From NCBI GenBank assembly GCA_977018835.1, contig OZ361261.1, positions 1,674,001 through 1,738,000 on the forward strand: DNA of 64,000 nt, written 5' to 3'. This document shows, piece after piece, positions 34,284 to 46,778 of this stretch. The notes under the pieces were generated by a model that was not told the DNA's origin, made no database searches, and worked only from the letters and a program-made list of their open reading frames with translations. The translations under genes and the position numbers were made by a program. This DNA comes from Minutocellus sp. GHC0000111. Its lineage: Eukaryota. Numbering within the stretch: the first letter of the stretch is position 1; every line of letters begins with the position of its first letter.

Positions 34284-36803
34284 ATGTACCTCGCCGCCGC
34301 TGCTTCTGCTCTGCTGCTGCTGCCCTGCGCAGGAGCTGCCGCTGCCGCCGCGAATAGGCCTATTACCACCGGCGCAACTTCTACACGTAGTAGATCTACT
34401 CTGCCTCCAAACCACCCCCCGCTCCAGCACCAGGAGCTCGTCCGGCAGTTCGCCGGCACGCTCCAGTGCCCGTACGCGGCCGAGTGGCTCACCAAGGGCC
34501 CCGAGCGGGCGTCCCGCGATCTGGCCGAACGCCACGGTGCAAGTGGCAGCCGTCGCCGTCGCAGCTTGGCGACGGCCAACGAGGCCGATGTCGACGCCGG
34601 CACGCCGATGCCGCCGATGCCGACCGCCCTCTCCGGATCGTGCACGTATCCCAACCAGTGGACCGGGGGCGAATCCTGCGTGGAGTACCGCGGCGCGGGT
34701 TGGACGGAAGCGGACATGGTCGCATCGTGCGCTGCCCAGCCCGGAGGCGGCGGGACGCTGTCGGTCGGGTCCGAGGCCTCGCACTACTGTCCCCTCCCCG
34801 CCGGGGGGCGACTCGCCGGCTGGTGCGTCAAGCGCAAGGAGGGGACGGCGGGTGCTGACACGACGATGGTCGAGGCCACGTCCATGGCGCTCACCGGGGG
34901 CATGGGCTGCGAGGCGGTCGGAGGTGCCTGCACGTCGTTTGCCGGCGGCGATGCCTTCGTTCTCGACGGGGCATGCAAGAAGTCGAATACTGCCACGATG
35001 GATGAGGAGGGTGCTGTAACGGGCATGGACGAAATGTTCCAACCGCCTCCGTCCGAATCGTCATCGTGGGGCGGAGGTGGAGGCGCAGGCGTTGGCGAGA
35101 AAAACGGTGATGCAAACACCTGCCAGATCGCTCCAGGACCAGCAGGGGCGGCCCACCAGGCGCCCTTCTCCTCCGGATATCGCACCGACTGCGCGGGAAC
35201 ACCCTCCGAGTCCTCCCCGTACCAGTGGCCCCTCCGCTGGACGGCCGTGGTCGAGATGAAGTCCCTGTCGTACGAGTCCGATACCATCACCTACCTCAGC
35301 CAGAGTCGGGTTTGGTACCGTCTCGACAAAAACTGGAAGCGGATGGACAACTACCGCCAGAAGGGGGTGGTGCCGTTCTTTTCTCGAAGCACCGAGGACG
35401 AGGACTTTGTCGACCGGACCGATCGCAACACCATGATCCATCGTGGGGGCAAGATGTATTTCATCACCTACCACAACGACACAGACAGCAGTACCGGCAG
35501 TACCAGTATCGGCACTACTGCAGCCAACCCAAACGACGACGTGGCCAACATCAAGACATGCAGCTGGCTCGACCTGGCCATCGTGGGCAACATCCGACCG
35601 GACTGGTTCCTCGATGCCCGGGGAGGTGCCACCGACTTCGCAGTATCTCGGAAATCAGCACGTGTACTACCCCGGATCCGGCGGCAGCGCCGCCATCGAC
35701 GGAAATGGGAACCTCGAAATTCTCACCGAGGCATCGCCCCGTCTGGTCAAGCAGTGGCGCAAGACCGACTTTGCCAACCAATACTTTACGCAATCCACCA
35801 AGGTCCACGTCGGTGACGACGGGGTTCACTGGCCACTCATCCTCAACGTCCCCGGAGAGGGATTTGGTGACGATCTCTTGCAGTACTATCAGAACCACGA
35901 GCTGCTCGACGAGGATTTTGTCGATCCCTTCCTTCTCGACGAGGCGTTCATCAAGGCCGGCGGAGAGTGTACCAACATGCGAGAAGGTCAGGAGGGAGGC
36001 GGTGGACCTCCGCATATGGAGTACGTGCCGAGCAACTTGGAGAAGGACGAAAATGCCTGGGTGAGCAATGTCTGGACGGGAAGTCCGGTGTGGGAAGGAC
36101 CTGCCAGGGACAATGAAGCTTTGCCGCAGATGTCGCATCTGCCATTGTCGGCGAGCTGGCCACAACCGACGCCAGTCCGTCCACAAAAGTGACGTCGTGC
36201 TACAACGACGATACCAAAGCTGTTGAATTGTCCATCACATACTCCGACCTGTCCCCTTCTTCGGATGGGTCCCTGCCCTGGCTTGGCCTTTCCTTTCGCA
36301 AGGATGAAGAGTGTGTCGTGACGCCACGCGATGGTAGCGACGCTGAGGTAGCACTCGTTCTGACCGATGAATTCGGCGCCTTGGTTCCCACCCATTTCCT
36401 TATGTCTTCCACAACTAAGAGCGGTGGAATGAGCGTCAGCTCTGGGAGGAATGGCGCGCCTTCCTTTCTTCCCTTGGAAGAGGTCAAAGAATACAGTGAT
36501 GTGAGTGTCTCGCATTCTGAGAACAAGGGCTCGGTGACTCTTGCGTTGTCCAAAGCCGTCGAGTCCGCACCGGAAACTATGCACCTCACTTATGCAATTG
36601 GGTTGACTGGTACTTTTGGATATCACAACGTTCGTACATGCTTTGACGTCGAAAATTTCCCCTCGTGTCCAACGGAGACGAAATCAAGCATGGCGGGCAC
36701 TTCAATTGGCAATGCTCCGTCGTTTGATAGCTCCAGTGGTTATTCCACGTCTCTTTCTGTTTTTGCAGTAACTACCTTTACTGTGATTTTTGGACTATTG
36801 TAG
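34284..36803 (+). CDS. Secreted or GPI-anchor-like Cys-rich protein with a central ependymin-related-like domain and a C-terminal DOMON-like domain (two frameshifts, near 35630 and 36120-36190)
   Basis: Signal peptide; PYQWPLRW..VWY..KRMD..VGNIRPDWF..QYLG..QWRK; WLGLSF..LTYAIG..GYH..R; Ser-rich spacer plus hydrophobic C-terminal tail. Confidence 0.65.
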
Positions 36804-37050
36804 CTAGCCAGAGAGATCGACATATTTTTTTCTTTTGCCTGCATTCTCTGCCGGGAGCGAAGATGAAGCCAACTAACTGCTGTTGTTTCATTATTGTACA
36901 TAAAAGTTACCGGTGAGGAGGATGGCCGATGAAAGACCTTTTTACATGTAATAGATCTAGATCTAGCTCGAGTAGATCTTTACATGTACATTTGGTGGTG
37001 TTCGTCCCGCTAAATATAGCTTAAATCTATCTATCGTAGTGAAAAGTTAG

Positions 37051-37988
37051 AGAGCGTTTCCACGAGAGAGCCGACACCCCCTCCTCGATGTTTCGTAAAT
37101 ATTGTAACAACTCGATTTTTTTACACCATATGTCTTAAAAGGGTGTTGTAGAGCATAATCAACAATAAAATCGAGGTGTTACAATGATCTTGGGGTACTT
37201 TACTAACAAGTCGCTGGGTTTGGGTCCGAGATTTTGAGCTCGATCTAGTGGCTTCATTTTTATTGACGTGAAAATTTTCGCACAAAAATATTTTCTAGTG
37301 GCTTCAATTGAATAGGTAGCCTCATTTGCATCAGTAAGAACGAATGTCAATAACATAAATCATGGTTACGAACATTGTAGGATAAGATTGAGGGGTAAGG
37401 GGTAAGGGTCAGCACTTGTAGCTCTATTCGAGGTCTCGGTCTCTCCAAGCATTAGGATTGGGATTGTTGGCCGGCACAAAGCCTTCGAAAGTAGCTGCCA
37501 GATTAAGTCTGGCTGATTGGCTCCTGGTAGTTCTTCTCGGCACGGCCACTTCTGTGTCTTCCTCGACCGTTGCTATTACAGATGCTGCTGTAGCATTGGT
37601 AAGAGCATTAATCATAGGGGACATGGCAGCGTGCTCGATGCTCTGACTGATGTTCGAACGGGGAGATAGTGCATGCCGGCATGTAGATCTATAGAGCGTT
37701 TCCACGAGAGAGCCGACACCCCCTCCGCGATGTTTCGTAAACATTGTACCAAAGTAATTTTATTGCTGATTACTGCTTAGAAGGATGTTGTAGAGCATAA
37801 TCAACAATAAAATTACTTTGGTGCAATGTTCTCGGGGTGCTTTGCTAACAAGTCGCTGGGTTTGGGTCCGAGATTTTGAGCTCGATCTAGTGGCTTCATT
37901 TTTATTGACGTGAAAATTTTCGCACAAAAATATTTTCTAGTGGCTACTATTTACAGTGATTTTGTCGGCGGTCTCGTGGAAACTCTCT
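37051..37988. mobile_element. Non-autonomous TIR element (MITE) region: partial copy 37051-37303 and complete copy 37693-37988
   Basis: About 250-bp direct repeat; 26-bp TIR agagcgtttccacgagagagccgaca versus tgtcggcggtctcgtggaaactctct (37963-37988), 3 mismatches; no transposase; TSD ambiguous. Confidence 0.85.
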
Positions 37989-38340
37989 GTACGTACCTAG
38001 GTACACATGTGTGTACATGTTAGACTCTAGATGACTGCTCTCTACCAGTATCGGCACACACACGACGAAGATGCCAGGACAATTCAAAGGCAGATATAGA
38101 TCTAGGTGACTTTGTAGGGGCTGAGTGTCGGTGATGTACTGGAGTAGCATTAATTTCAACATCGATCAATACAGCTGTAGATCTAGTGATGACGTTTTGG
38201 TTGGGAGCTTCAACCCAAAGAAGCAAGATGTGTGAATCACATAACGACAATACCGATGTCCTTATTCATAAGCGGGAATGATTGCGCTGAGTCCTGCAGT
38301 CCCGCCAGTCCCAAACCGTTCGTTTTCACTTCGCTCCACG

Positions 38341-39826
38341 ATGGTGTATCACCAGAACACTCCGCTAGCGACTGCGGTCCCAATTCTAGCCTCAGAGGCC
38401 GCTGGAGAGTATAGTCTCAGCCGAAAGTCTACCGATGTCGACGAATCAATGATCAGGGCTTTAAAGGGCCAAGGTTATACAAGAGGTAAGTCGACACATC
38501 GGCGAGTGACGTGGAACTGCTTCCATATCTTTCCTTCTTGTTCTCAATCCTACTTATGCCGCTTTCATTCTCTACAATCCATCAGGCCTGGCAAAGTCGC
38601 TGGCGCAGAACAATGCGACGTTTCCATTGAGAATATGGGTGGTAGATAATAGGTGAGGTTTCTGATACCGTTGGGACCCAAGATTCGGGTACGTTTGTTC
38701 GACATCCTGTACGAGTAGACATGTCTCCAGACTCCTGACCCAGACGTTGGCAGACTGAACCATAGATGGTCACCAAATTCCTGCCACGTATTGTCCCCTC
38801 TCATTCCATCGACGAATAGAGCTGTCTAAGCAATTTTCATGTGCTAACGCCATATTTCTCTCCTTCTTCCTATCGGAACTCTCTCGTAACAGTGGGTCCA
38901 TGCAGCAGACCGATGGTCACAAGATCGTATCTACCTCCAAGAAAGAACATGTCAAGATTGTTCCGTGCAGTCGCTGGGAGGAGATTCGAGAGTGTGCCAA
39001 CTATCACATTCAAATGGCAGCCCTTTTGCAAGCACCCACTGCCTTTCGTTTGCTCAACCATCCCGGTGCCGGCGCCGGAAGCCAAATGTTCAGCATTGCC
39101 GAGGCCGACGCTGCATCGATCCCCTCGGATGTAGAGAAAGCCATGAGCATCATGCAAAGGGCCCGCCCAGGTGGCGTCACTCCTCTCAATTCGCACATTC
39201 TTTCGATTCATCAGTCAATCAATGCCGTCGCTCCCCAGCTGCGTGCCGAAGGGAAGAAAGTGGCCATCATTCTAGCAACAGATGGACTTCCAACCAATGA
39301 GCAGGGAATGTACAATGATTATGTAAGGGAGCAATTCATATCATCTCTGAGACTTCTGGAGGGATTGCCGGTATGGGTGGTTGTTCGGCTCTGCACAGAT
39401 GAAAACGACGTAGTTTCGTTCTACAATGACCTTGACGAGCAGTTGGAGTTGTCGTTGGAAGTGTTGGACGATTTCTGTGGCGAAGCGGAAGAAGTCTATG
39501 AACACAATCCTTGGTTGAATTACAGCTTGCCGCTCCATAGAATTCGGGAGATGGGCTATCACGATCGGCTGTTCGACATGCTCGATGAGAGGCAGTTTAC
39601 CATATCGGAACTTCGAGAGTTTTGCTGCCTCATGTTTGGTTTCGATCAAATGGATTCGGTTCCCGATGCGGATGCCGACTGGCCGGGGTTTCTGCAGGCG
39701 ATGGATCGGCTTGTAAATGCAGAGGAGCTTCAGTATGATCCAATGAAGAAGAAGCCCAAGCCAGTCGTTTGCACCGAGACTCTCAACAAAATGTATGGAG
39801 ACGGATCTGCCTGCACAATAATGTGA
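38341..39826 (+). CDS. von Willebrand factor type A domain protein, 3 exons
   Basis: Splicing (GTAAGT near 38486 to CAG 38585; GTGAG near 38653 to CAG 38892) gives IWVVDNSGSM (MIDAS DxSxS), then TPL and ILATDGLP; ends in CTIM (CaaX-like). Confidence 0.88.
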
Positions 39827-39896
39827 TTATATGTAATTGTAATTATTTAGTATCAGCTTTTCATAGTGCGCTTTATATCTTATCAATAGCTTAGCA

Positions 39897-42800
39897 TCAT
39901 CCCATCTCGACATCGGTTCCGCTGTCAAATGTGAAATTACTGACGCTAGCCGACATTCTACTTTCTGAGTAATGCCCACTCAAGAAAGATGCAGAAGCTG
40001 CTGCACTGCTTGCTCGACCACGAGGTGATAGAGCAAAGCCGCTTGCACTGCCGTTGCCTGCCGCTGAAAGGAAGCTCTCGTCTTGAGAGGCATCGACCTC
40101 ATCATCAAAGATTGGGTTGCTTTGCGGATAATGCAAGGATTCGTTGAGTGCTCTCATGAGCATCTCGGAGCAGAATGGATCATCTGGCTTGCGGCTTAGC
40201 GACTGATGATAGGCCTCGATGGCACCGTCGAGGTCGCCGTTGAGGTGTCGGGTGAAGCCAAGCGCTGAATAAGATGAAGCCTTGCCAGGGCAGATTGATA
40301 GAGACTTCTCGAAGCAAGCCGCGGCTTCATCAAACATGCAGATCTTGCGATAACTCTGACCCAAATTGAAGATTGTAGGTTCCCAATAAGCATCGCGACA
40401 GAGCTGGATGCATTCGATATCGGATAGCTTACTTTTGCTCTTGGACCGAGGATGATGAGGTGCATTGTGAGAACGAGGTGCATGATGAGAAAAGGTGGAA
40501 ACATCCGCTGCTGCCGTATCCTTGGCGAATCGAACAGATGTCATCGGCGGGTTTCCAATCAAAGGACGACCTCGGCCATGTGGGGTGTTCTCGGCATCGT
40601 TGTCTACTTCCATCTCATTGGCGCCGGTGTTCATCAGAGTGCTGCTGCCCACACCGGTCTCGTCACCTTCGCCTTCTCGATCAAGAGTCATCTCGGCAAC
40701 GAGCCGAACTGCGTGGACAAAGCATGTCACAGCGTCGTCCCACTCGCCCTTGCGGTAGTGCAGGACGCCCATTTCACTACGAACAAGAGGATCAGTGTTG
40801 CCGGATACCCTCCATGCACTCTTGAGGAAGTGACTTGCTAGACTGAGATGATTGGTTCGCACATACTCCATACCCATGTAGAGAAGAGGGTAGTGGTCTC
40901 CAGGATTTAGTCGGGAAGCTGCGCGGTAACTGGCCAGTGCCTGATCACTTTCGTCGCAGGCAGCAAAGGAACAGCCAAAGGCTATCCAGCACTCACTGCT
41001 CCGAGGATCAAGCCTGGCCGCGCGGCAGAAGTGGCGCTGGGCTAGGTCATACCTTCCACATGCGTAGTAGTACGAACCGACCGCATACCAACTCTTGGCG
41101 GCCTTGGGGCTGGAATCGACGAGGCGATGGGCAAGCTGGAAGAGAGGGCGCTTGTATCCCAGAGACGCCAGAGCCGAAATGTGAACGTAGGCAGCATTCT
41201 GACAGTACAGATCGGCCTTCTCCAGAAGCTGACAGTAGGACAATGTGAGAGGTAGATCGTACTTGGCATATGCATGGATGGCTGCCAGCGAAAGAATCTC
41301 CGATGACGACGATAGGTCCGGGTGGGACGTCAACCGAACCAAGGAGCGATTTATTTCATCGGAGGGAGTCAAAGGCACGCGCGCATCCGCTGCCGGGGTG
41401 TTGGCAGCCGCTGCAGGCTTCCGATCGTCTTCTCCTTGCTCTCCTACCGCCTTGGACTCAGAAGGCGACATCATTTGCGACTCCTCGAGTTGGATGGAGC
41501 TCTCATCCATGGCATGACCACCCATGAAGGTGAGGTTGGGAGTTTGCTGCTGCAGGATGACATTCGGCGACGACAAAGTGGTATCCTTGTTCCCATTCGT
41601 CGCTGGCTGCACCGTTTCATCTTGATCTCGATCCATCTTGTCATTTTGACCATCACAATCGCCATTTGCGCCAACATTATTTTCGTTGAGCTCATACCCC
41701 ACAATCGCCGCATCGGCGGGGGCAAAGCCAAGCTTGGCCAGGTACACGTCCCGCAAGAACTCGCCTCCCGGCACCCCATCGAAGCTGAGATTGAGAATCA
41801 TGGACCGTTCCTGATCCTTGTCCATAATGCGCCGATGGAGGCAGTGGTCCAGGGCCTGGACGTTGCGCGGGTCGATCCGAAGGGCCGCCCGGAGGAAGGT
41901 GGAACTGCGCGTCGGGTTGCCCAATTCGTCGTGGACGATGCCCAGCAACATCGCCAGGCGGGAGATGGGATGGATGGCACTGGCCAGTGCAGGTGGGACG
42001 TCGTCACCGACAGACCCGGCAGGGGGGCGGATGAGGTCGGCCAGCAGGTCCAACCGGGCATCATCTCCGTCCTCAATCTGATGAAAGACCAAATGGGCGT
42101 CGAGACCAAAGTAGTCCACCTCCTCGGCGTCCTTTCCTTTGCCGCCGCCATTACCGGTACCGGTACCATTGCTTCCGTCACCAGAAGTCGCCGCCGCTAT
42201 CGACGATTGCTGCTGCTGCACCACCTGCCGATGGCCCGGGGGCGGGTAGCAGCTCACCACCTCCATGACGTTCAGGGCATCGTCCCACTCCCCGGCGGCG
42301 ATCATGCACTCGGCCGCGAGGAGGGCCGCCTCGACCCGCAGGGCCGGAGATGATGATGCAGAAGCCTTGTGATCAATACCATTACCACCACCACTACCAT
42401 TGTCACCATCGTCGGGAGTCACCGTCGGACGGGGATGGCCGAGCAATCCGGCCCCCTCGAGCATCCAAACGGCCCTCTTGCCCTCCCCATTCAGAGCCAA
42501 CGCCCGCGCGTAGAGGTAGGCATCGCCCACGTGTTTGGTGCGGGCACAGCGACCCAAAGAACACGGCGTTGGTTACCGACGATGCGGTGGGACAGTTGAG
42601 CGGGGATGGGGGAATGACGTGCTGGAGGGTGGACAGGAGGAGGGTCCGCAGATGGCGGGTGGAGGTGGCATCCTGTCCGCTGGCGATGGCGACGGCCGAG
42701 AAGCCTCCGCCGTCGTGGGCGGTGGTACCATCGTGGGCGGTGGAGTAGGACGAGTACGACAGGTCGTGATGGTGGCTGCCATTGGGAACCGACGTGGATG

Positions 42801-43518
42801 TGCCGGCTCCTCCTACACCTCTGCCGGTGCTGGCGTTGGGTATGGCCGTACCCAGTACCCCACCGGCGGCGTTGCCGGTACTGCCAAGGGTATTGCCGGT
42901 GGCGGTGCTAAAGGCTGGCGAGGCGCCGGGGACCAGACCCCCGCCGTACGTCGGAGCGCCAGCGCCACCGTAAGACCGTCTGGCGGAGGCAGCGCCCCCA
43001 GTTGCGCCGGCAGCCATCATGGAGGAGGACGGTCCGTCCGACAGGAAGGATGCTCCGACCCCACCTCCTCCCGCCCCGCCTCCAGCTGTGCCTGCACCTG
43101 CCATGGAAGACGCACCGCCGCCGCCCATACCAGCAGCGCCAGTCGCGGCACCCCCGGCCGACCCGTAGCTCAATCGGCCACCCCGCCCAGCGCCGGCCAC
43201 GGTGCCCGGTGCGCCGATGGAGGCCGCCGCCGCGTCGGCGTAGGCCGAGGGACTGGTCAGACCGGCACCACCGGCAGCAGAGGCACCATTTGCGCCTCCT
43301 GCGATGCTCGCCAGCGAATCGGCGGCTCCAGCAGTACTAATACCAGCGGTGACCCCGTCGGGATCCGAGGCAAGGCCACCGCCGCCGGGAGTCGGGGCCG
43401 CGGCCGAGGGCAGCCCGCCGCCGGCTGCTGCTGCGTTGTTGCCAGCGCCAGAGGCACCGCCGCCTCGCGAGGAGCGGCGGGGAGCTGTCCGGCGGCGGTA
43501 CGGCGATCGGCCGGCCAT
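39897..43518 (-). CDS. CDC16: Anaphase-promoting complex subunit 6 (TPR protein); frameshift near 42550
   Basis: LFQLAHRLVD..P..SWYAVGSYY..WIAFG.SFA..ESDQALASY..HYPLLYMGMEY.RTN; WEPTIFNLG; long Gly/Ala-rich N-terminal extension. Confidence 0.93.
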
Positions 43519-44501
43519 TGTTGGTGTCTCTTTCTCTCAGTAAGATACCCCACCGAAAAGAGCACCGAATAGAAGGACAAGGGGGGCGCGTTTGGGCTGT
43601 GTATCTTCCGGCCGGTGGCAAGCTCCCCCTTCGTATTCCCTCAATCCGCACTTATTGGCCAAAAGTTTGGTTTTGGAATTGGTGCGTATCTTCCACGACG
43701 GTCTTTTGTACTGGTAAACAAAGCTTGGTGATTCGATTCAATTAATCTGTTCGGCCTTGCGATATATTGCGTTAAACGAGGAGGGATGGGGTGTGGCGCT
43801 CCCGATGGCTTGATCGAGGATGCCAACTGCGCAGCCAGGCAGATAAGATGCAACGGCCCTCTCTCGTTTCGTCCGTCATTTTTGAGCACATCATGTATGT
43901 GCGTGCTGCAATCTGGAACGGGCGAGGGACGGACGAAAAAACTGCTCTCCTACTCCTACTCCCCTTTTTTGGAGGTGCGAAGAAAACGGGGAAAATCCAA
44001 AAGCGTACAGTATTCAGTTTTTTCGTTAGAAATGCAACCTCCTTCCTCTTGCTTCATCTTTAGTGGGAAATTAAATACCGATTTTGCAGGAAAACACTTT
44101 GATTTTTGGGGCGATTTCGCATATTATTCGGTAAACCGAACCAACGCAACCAGCACCGCGAGCACAAACAAAACTTGCTTGTTTGCCTTGAACTCGACGT
44201 TGCATTGAGCATCTCGTTGCCGCGACTGCTCAAAAGGCAACCCGTGCCAATCTCTTCCCTTTAAGAAAGGCAACTTCACTCCTGGCGTGTCTCCATCTTT
44301 TTACACTTTTGGGCCGGTCTTTCACCTTGACCCAATCTCTCAGATTCGATTCTGTCGAGAGAATTTTCACGTGAAGTGCGTGCACCTTGCATCAGAATCT
44401 TTGGTTGTGGCATCCTGTCTCTCGGCCAGGTCTGCATCTACCTCCACCTGGATTGAAGACCATTCTTTATACTTAATATTGCCAAACGCTGACGACACAC
44501 A

Positions 44502-46605
44502 ATGCCAGACTCTACTGGCTCGCCCCAGCAAGAGGAGAAAGATGGCACATCATCGGGCGACAAAGATACGAGTACGTCATCGCCGAACAATCAGGCACCA
44601 GAACTAGAGGCAAATGCAGAGCAGGGCAGTCCTTCCACGGTCGACATGAGCACCATTGCCAATGATGACGATGACGACGATGCAATCAATAGCAACTCAG
44701 ATAACAGCAATGCCTACCCATCACCGGAGCGCATCATCCCCGCCCAGCCCACGCAGCCACCCGACAGTCCCAACCTGGGCGCCAATCCGGACGAGACAGA
44801 CACGCTCCATTCCATCATGTTCAATCAAGACGGCGGATGTTTGTCGGTGGGTACCGGGCGGGGATTTCGAGTTTGCAACGTGTGGCCGTTCAATGAGACC
44901 TTTCGAAGAGAATTCGGTGCCAACATCCAGCTTGGAGGTGGAGGTGGTGAGGATGGCACCGATGGGTCGGATGATGCTAATGGCGCCGGGGGCAATGATG
45001 GAGGTGGTCAAAATGGAAACGGATCAGGTTTGGACGGGTCAGGCAGTGGAGGAGGGGGCGGCGGAGTTGGACTGTGCTCAATGCTCTACCGGACCAATCT
45101 GCTGGCGCTGACCAGCACGACGCCCCCTCCCATCAATGCGCACAGCCGCGTCACTCATTCGATGCATACGGCCCATCACACCGCGCACAATGCCGCGACG
45201 GCCGGTCAGTTGGCGCAGGTGACGTCTCCGAGCTTCCCGCCCAACAAGGTGTTGATTTATGATGATGCCCTGTCTCGACCGATCGGTGAATTGTCTTTCC
45301 GCCATCGAGTTTTATCAGTGAAGCTGCGACGGGATAGGATTGTGGTCATATTGAGGGATCGCATCTATGTCTATCGGTTCAGCGATTAGAGTCTGGTAGA
45401 TTGCGTTGGCACTGGGCGGAATGAGGCAGAACTATGTGCAATTAGCCTGGAGGGTGCCACTGGAACAACCGGAGGCGGTACCATGAATGCCGGTGCTGTC
45501 GGTGGAAGTGGTGATGGGGATAATGCAGTCATGGTGTTGGCCTGCCCAGGAGTCGTTACCGGCCAAGTGCGGTTAGAGTTGTATGGTTTGAGAAAGACCT
45601 CGGTACGTTCGCGCTATGTGGTCGATGGTATGGTTATATCATTTCTTTATCTTTCCTAATATTCCATCAGCTCACCTTCTAACCACGTTTCCTCTTCCCC
45701 AATCTATCTTCCAGCTCATCAATGCTCATGAATCACCATTGGCGGCTCTTCAAGTTACAAATGATGGTACTCTGCTCGTCACAGCAAGCGAACGGGGCAC
45801 CGTTCTGCGTCTCTTCGAGACTGGCCTCGTAAAGCGCGGCCACGGAGTTGGCGGGTCAAGAGATGCTACCGAGGACACAACCGGTAAACCGATCCGAGAA
45901 TTCCGACGCGGAGTGGAGCGTGCGACTGTGACGTGTCTCTCCTTCAGCCTTGACAATTCCTGGGTGGCTTGTGCCAGCGACCATGGAACCGTCCATGTTT
46001 TCCGGTGCTGGGAGAACGAAAACGCGGAAAGCACTCCTGCTTCCTTTGCGTCCTCAAAAAAGAAGAAATCTACAAATCCAGTAAAGCTTTTGTCCAAGGT
46101 GCGTTCAACGACGAAGAAGTATTTCATGTCAGAAGAAGGATCGGTAGCGCATGTTCGCGGAATACCGCACCCTCATGCATGCGCCTTTGTTCCAGACCGA
46201 GAGCGAACGGTTGCAGTCGCAGGAACGGATGAGCTTGGAAATGGATGCCTTCTGGTCGCCGAATTCGCTACGAAAGGCAGTCTCGACTCGGAGGAGATGA
46301 TTAGGCAGCAGCTTTTGGACGGTCAGAGTGGAACGGAAGTCAATAAGAGCGGCAAAGTGAGGAGGTTGGGATATCACCGCTTCTTTCGGAAAACGTCAAT
46401 TGCCCATCATATTCCAAGCAGCCAAAGAAGACAGCAAATGCAACAAAATGGCCAGAATGGTGCTTACTATGACGAATTACGTGTGGGGGATGCCCCGCCC
46501 AAAGGCGAGAGCAACATTGATTCGGTTGCCCGGAAACTTGACGACGTCGTCTTCAGCGACGAAGGTGGCGGCGACGATGGTTTTGATCTTGTAGATGTAG
46601 CGTGA
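44502..46605 (+). CDS. ATG18: ATG18/WIPI-family PROPPIN (WD40, phosphoinositide-binding); intron near 45603-45714, in-frame TAG at 45387-45389
   Basis: FNQDGGC..GFRV.N..P, MLYRTNLLAL, PPNKVLIYDD, VKLRRDRIVV, AHESPL..TASERGTVLRLF, EFRRG, SDHGTVHVF. Confidence 0.93.
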
Positions 46606-46778
46606 CAAATTAAGCTCCGTGAAAAATTATAGCATCGACTTGACTTACTTTAGCTACTAGTACCTAGCTAGTCAACATCAATTGACGAATTCATCCAAAA
46701 ACTCACAGCTTCTCTGGATTATCTCTTGCAGTAGTCACATAGCCAACCATTAACCTATCGTTTCATCTTTACCTGAAA

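Noticed and set aside
37051..37988. CRISPR-like array, or a protein gene at 37424-37744
   Set aside because: Only two long repeats with TIRs, no repeat-spacer periodicity and no cas genes; the ORF begins inside the MITE and has no recognisable domain.
142..45389. TAG reassignment or readthrough as Gln, suggested by in-frame TAGs at 142, 5403, about 17717 and 45387
   Set aside because: TAG also ends many intact genes here (8451, 10877, 19411, 19519, 36803, 46779), the ATG18 site expects Leu, and frameshifts are just as common, so error or decay is simpler.
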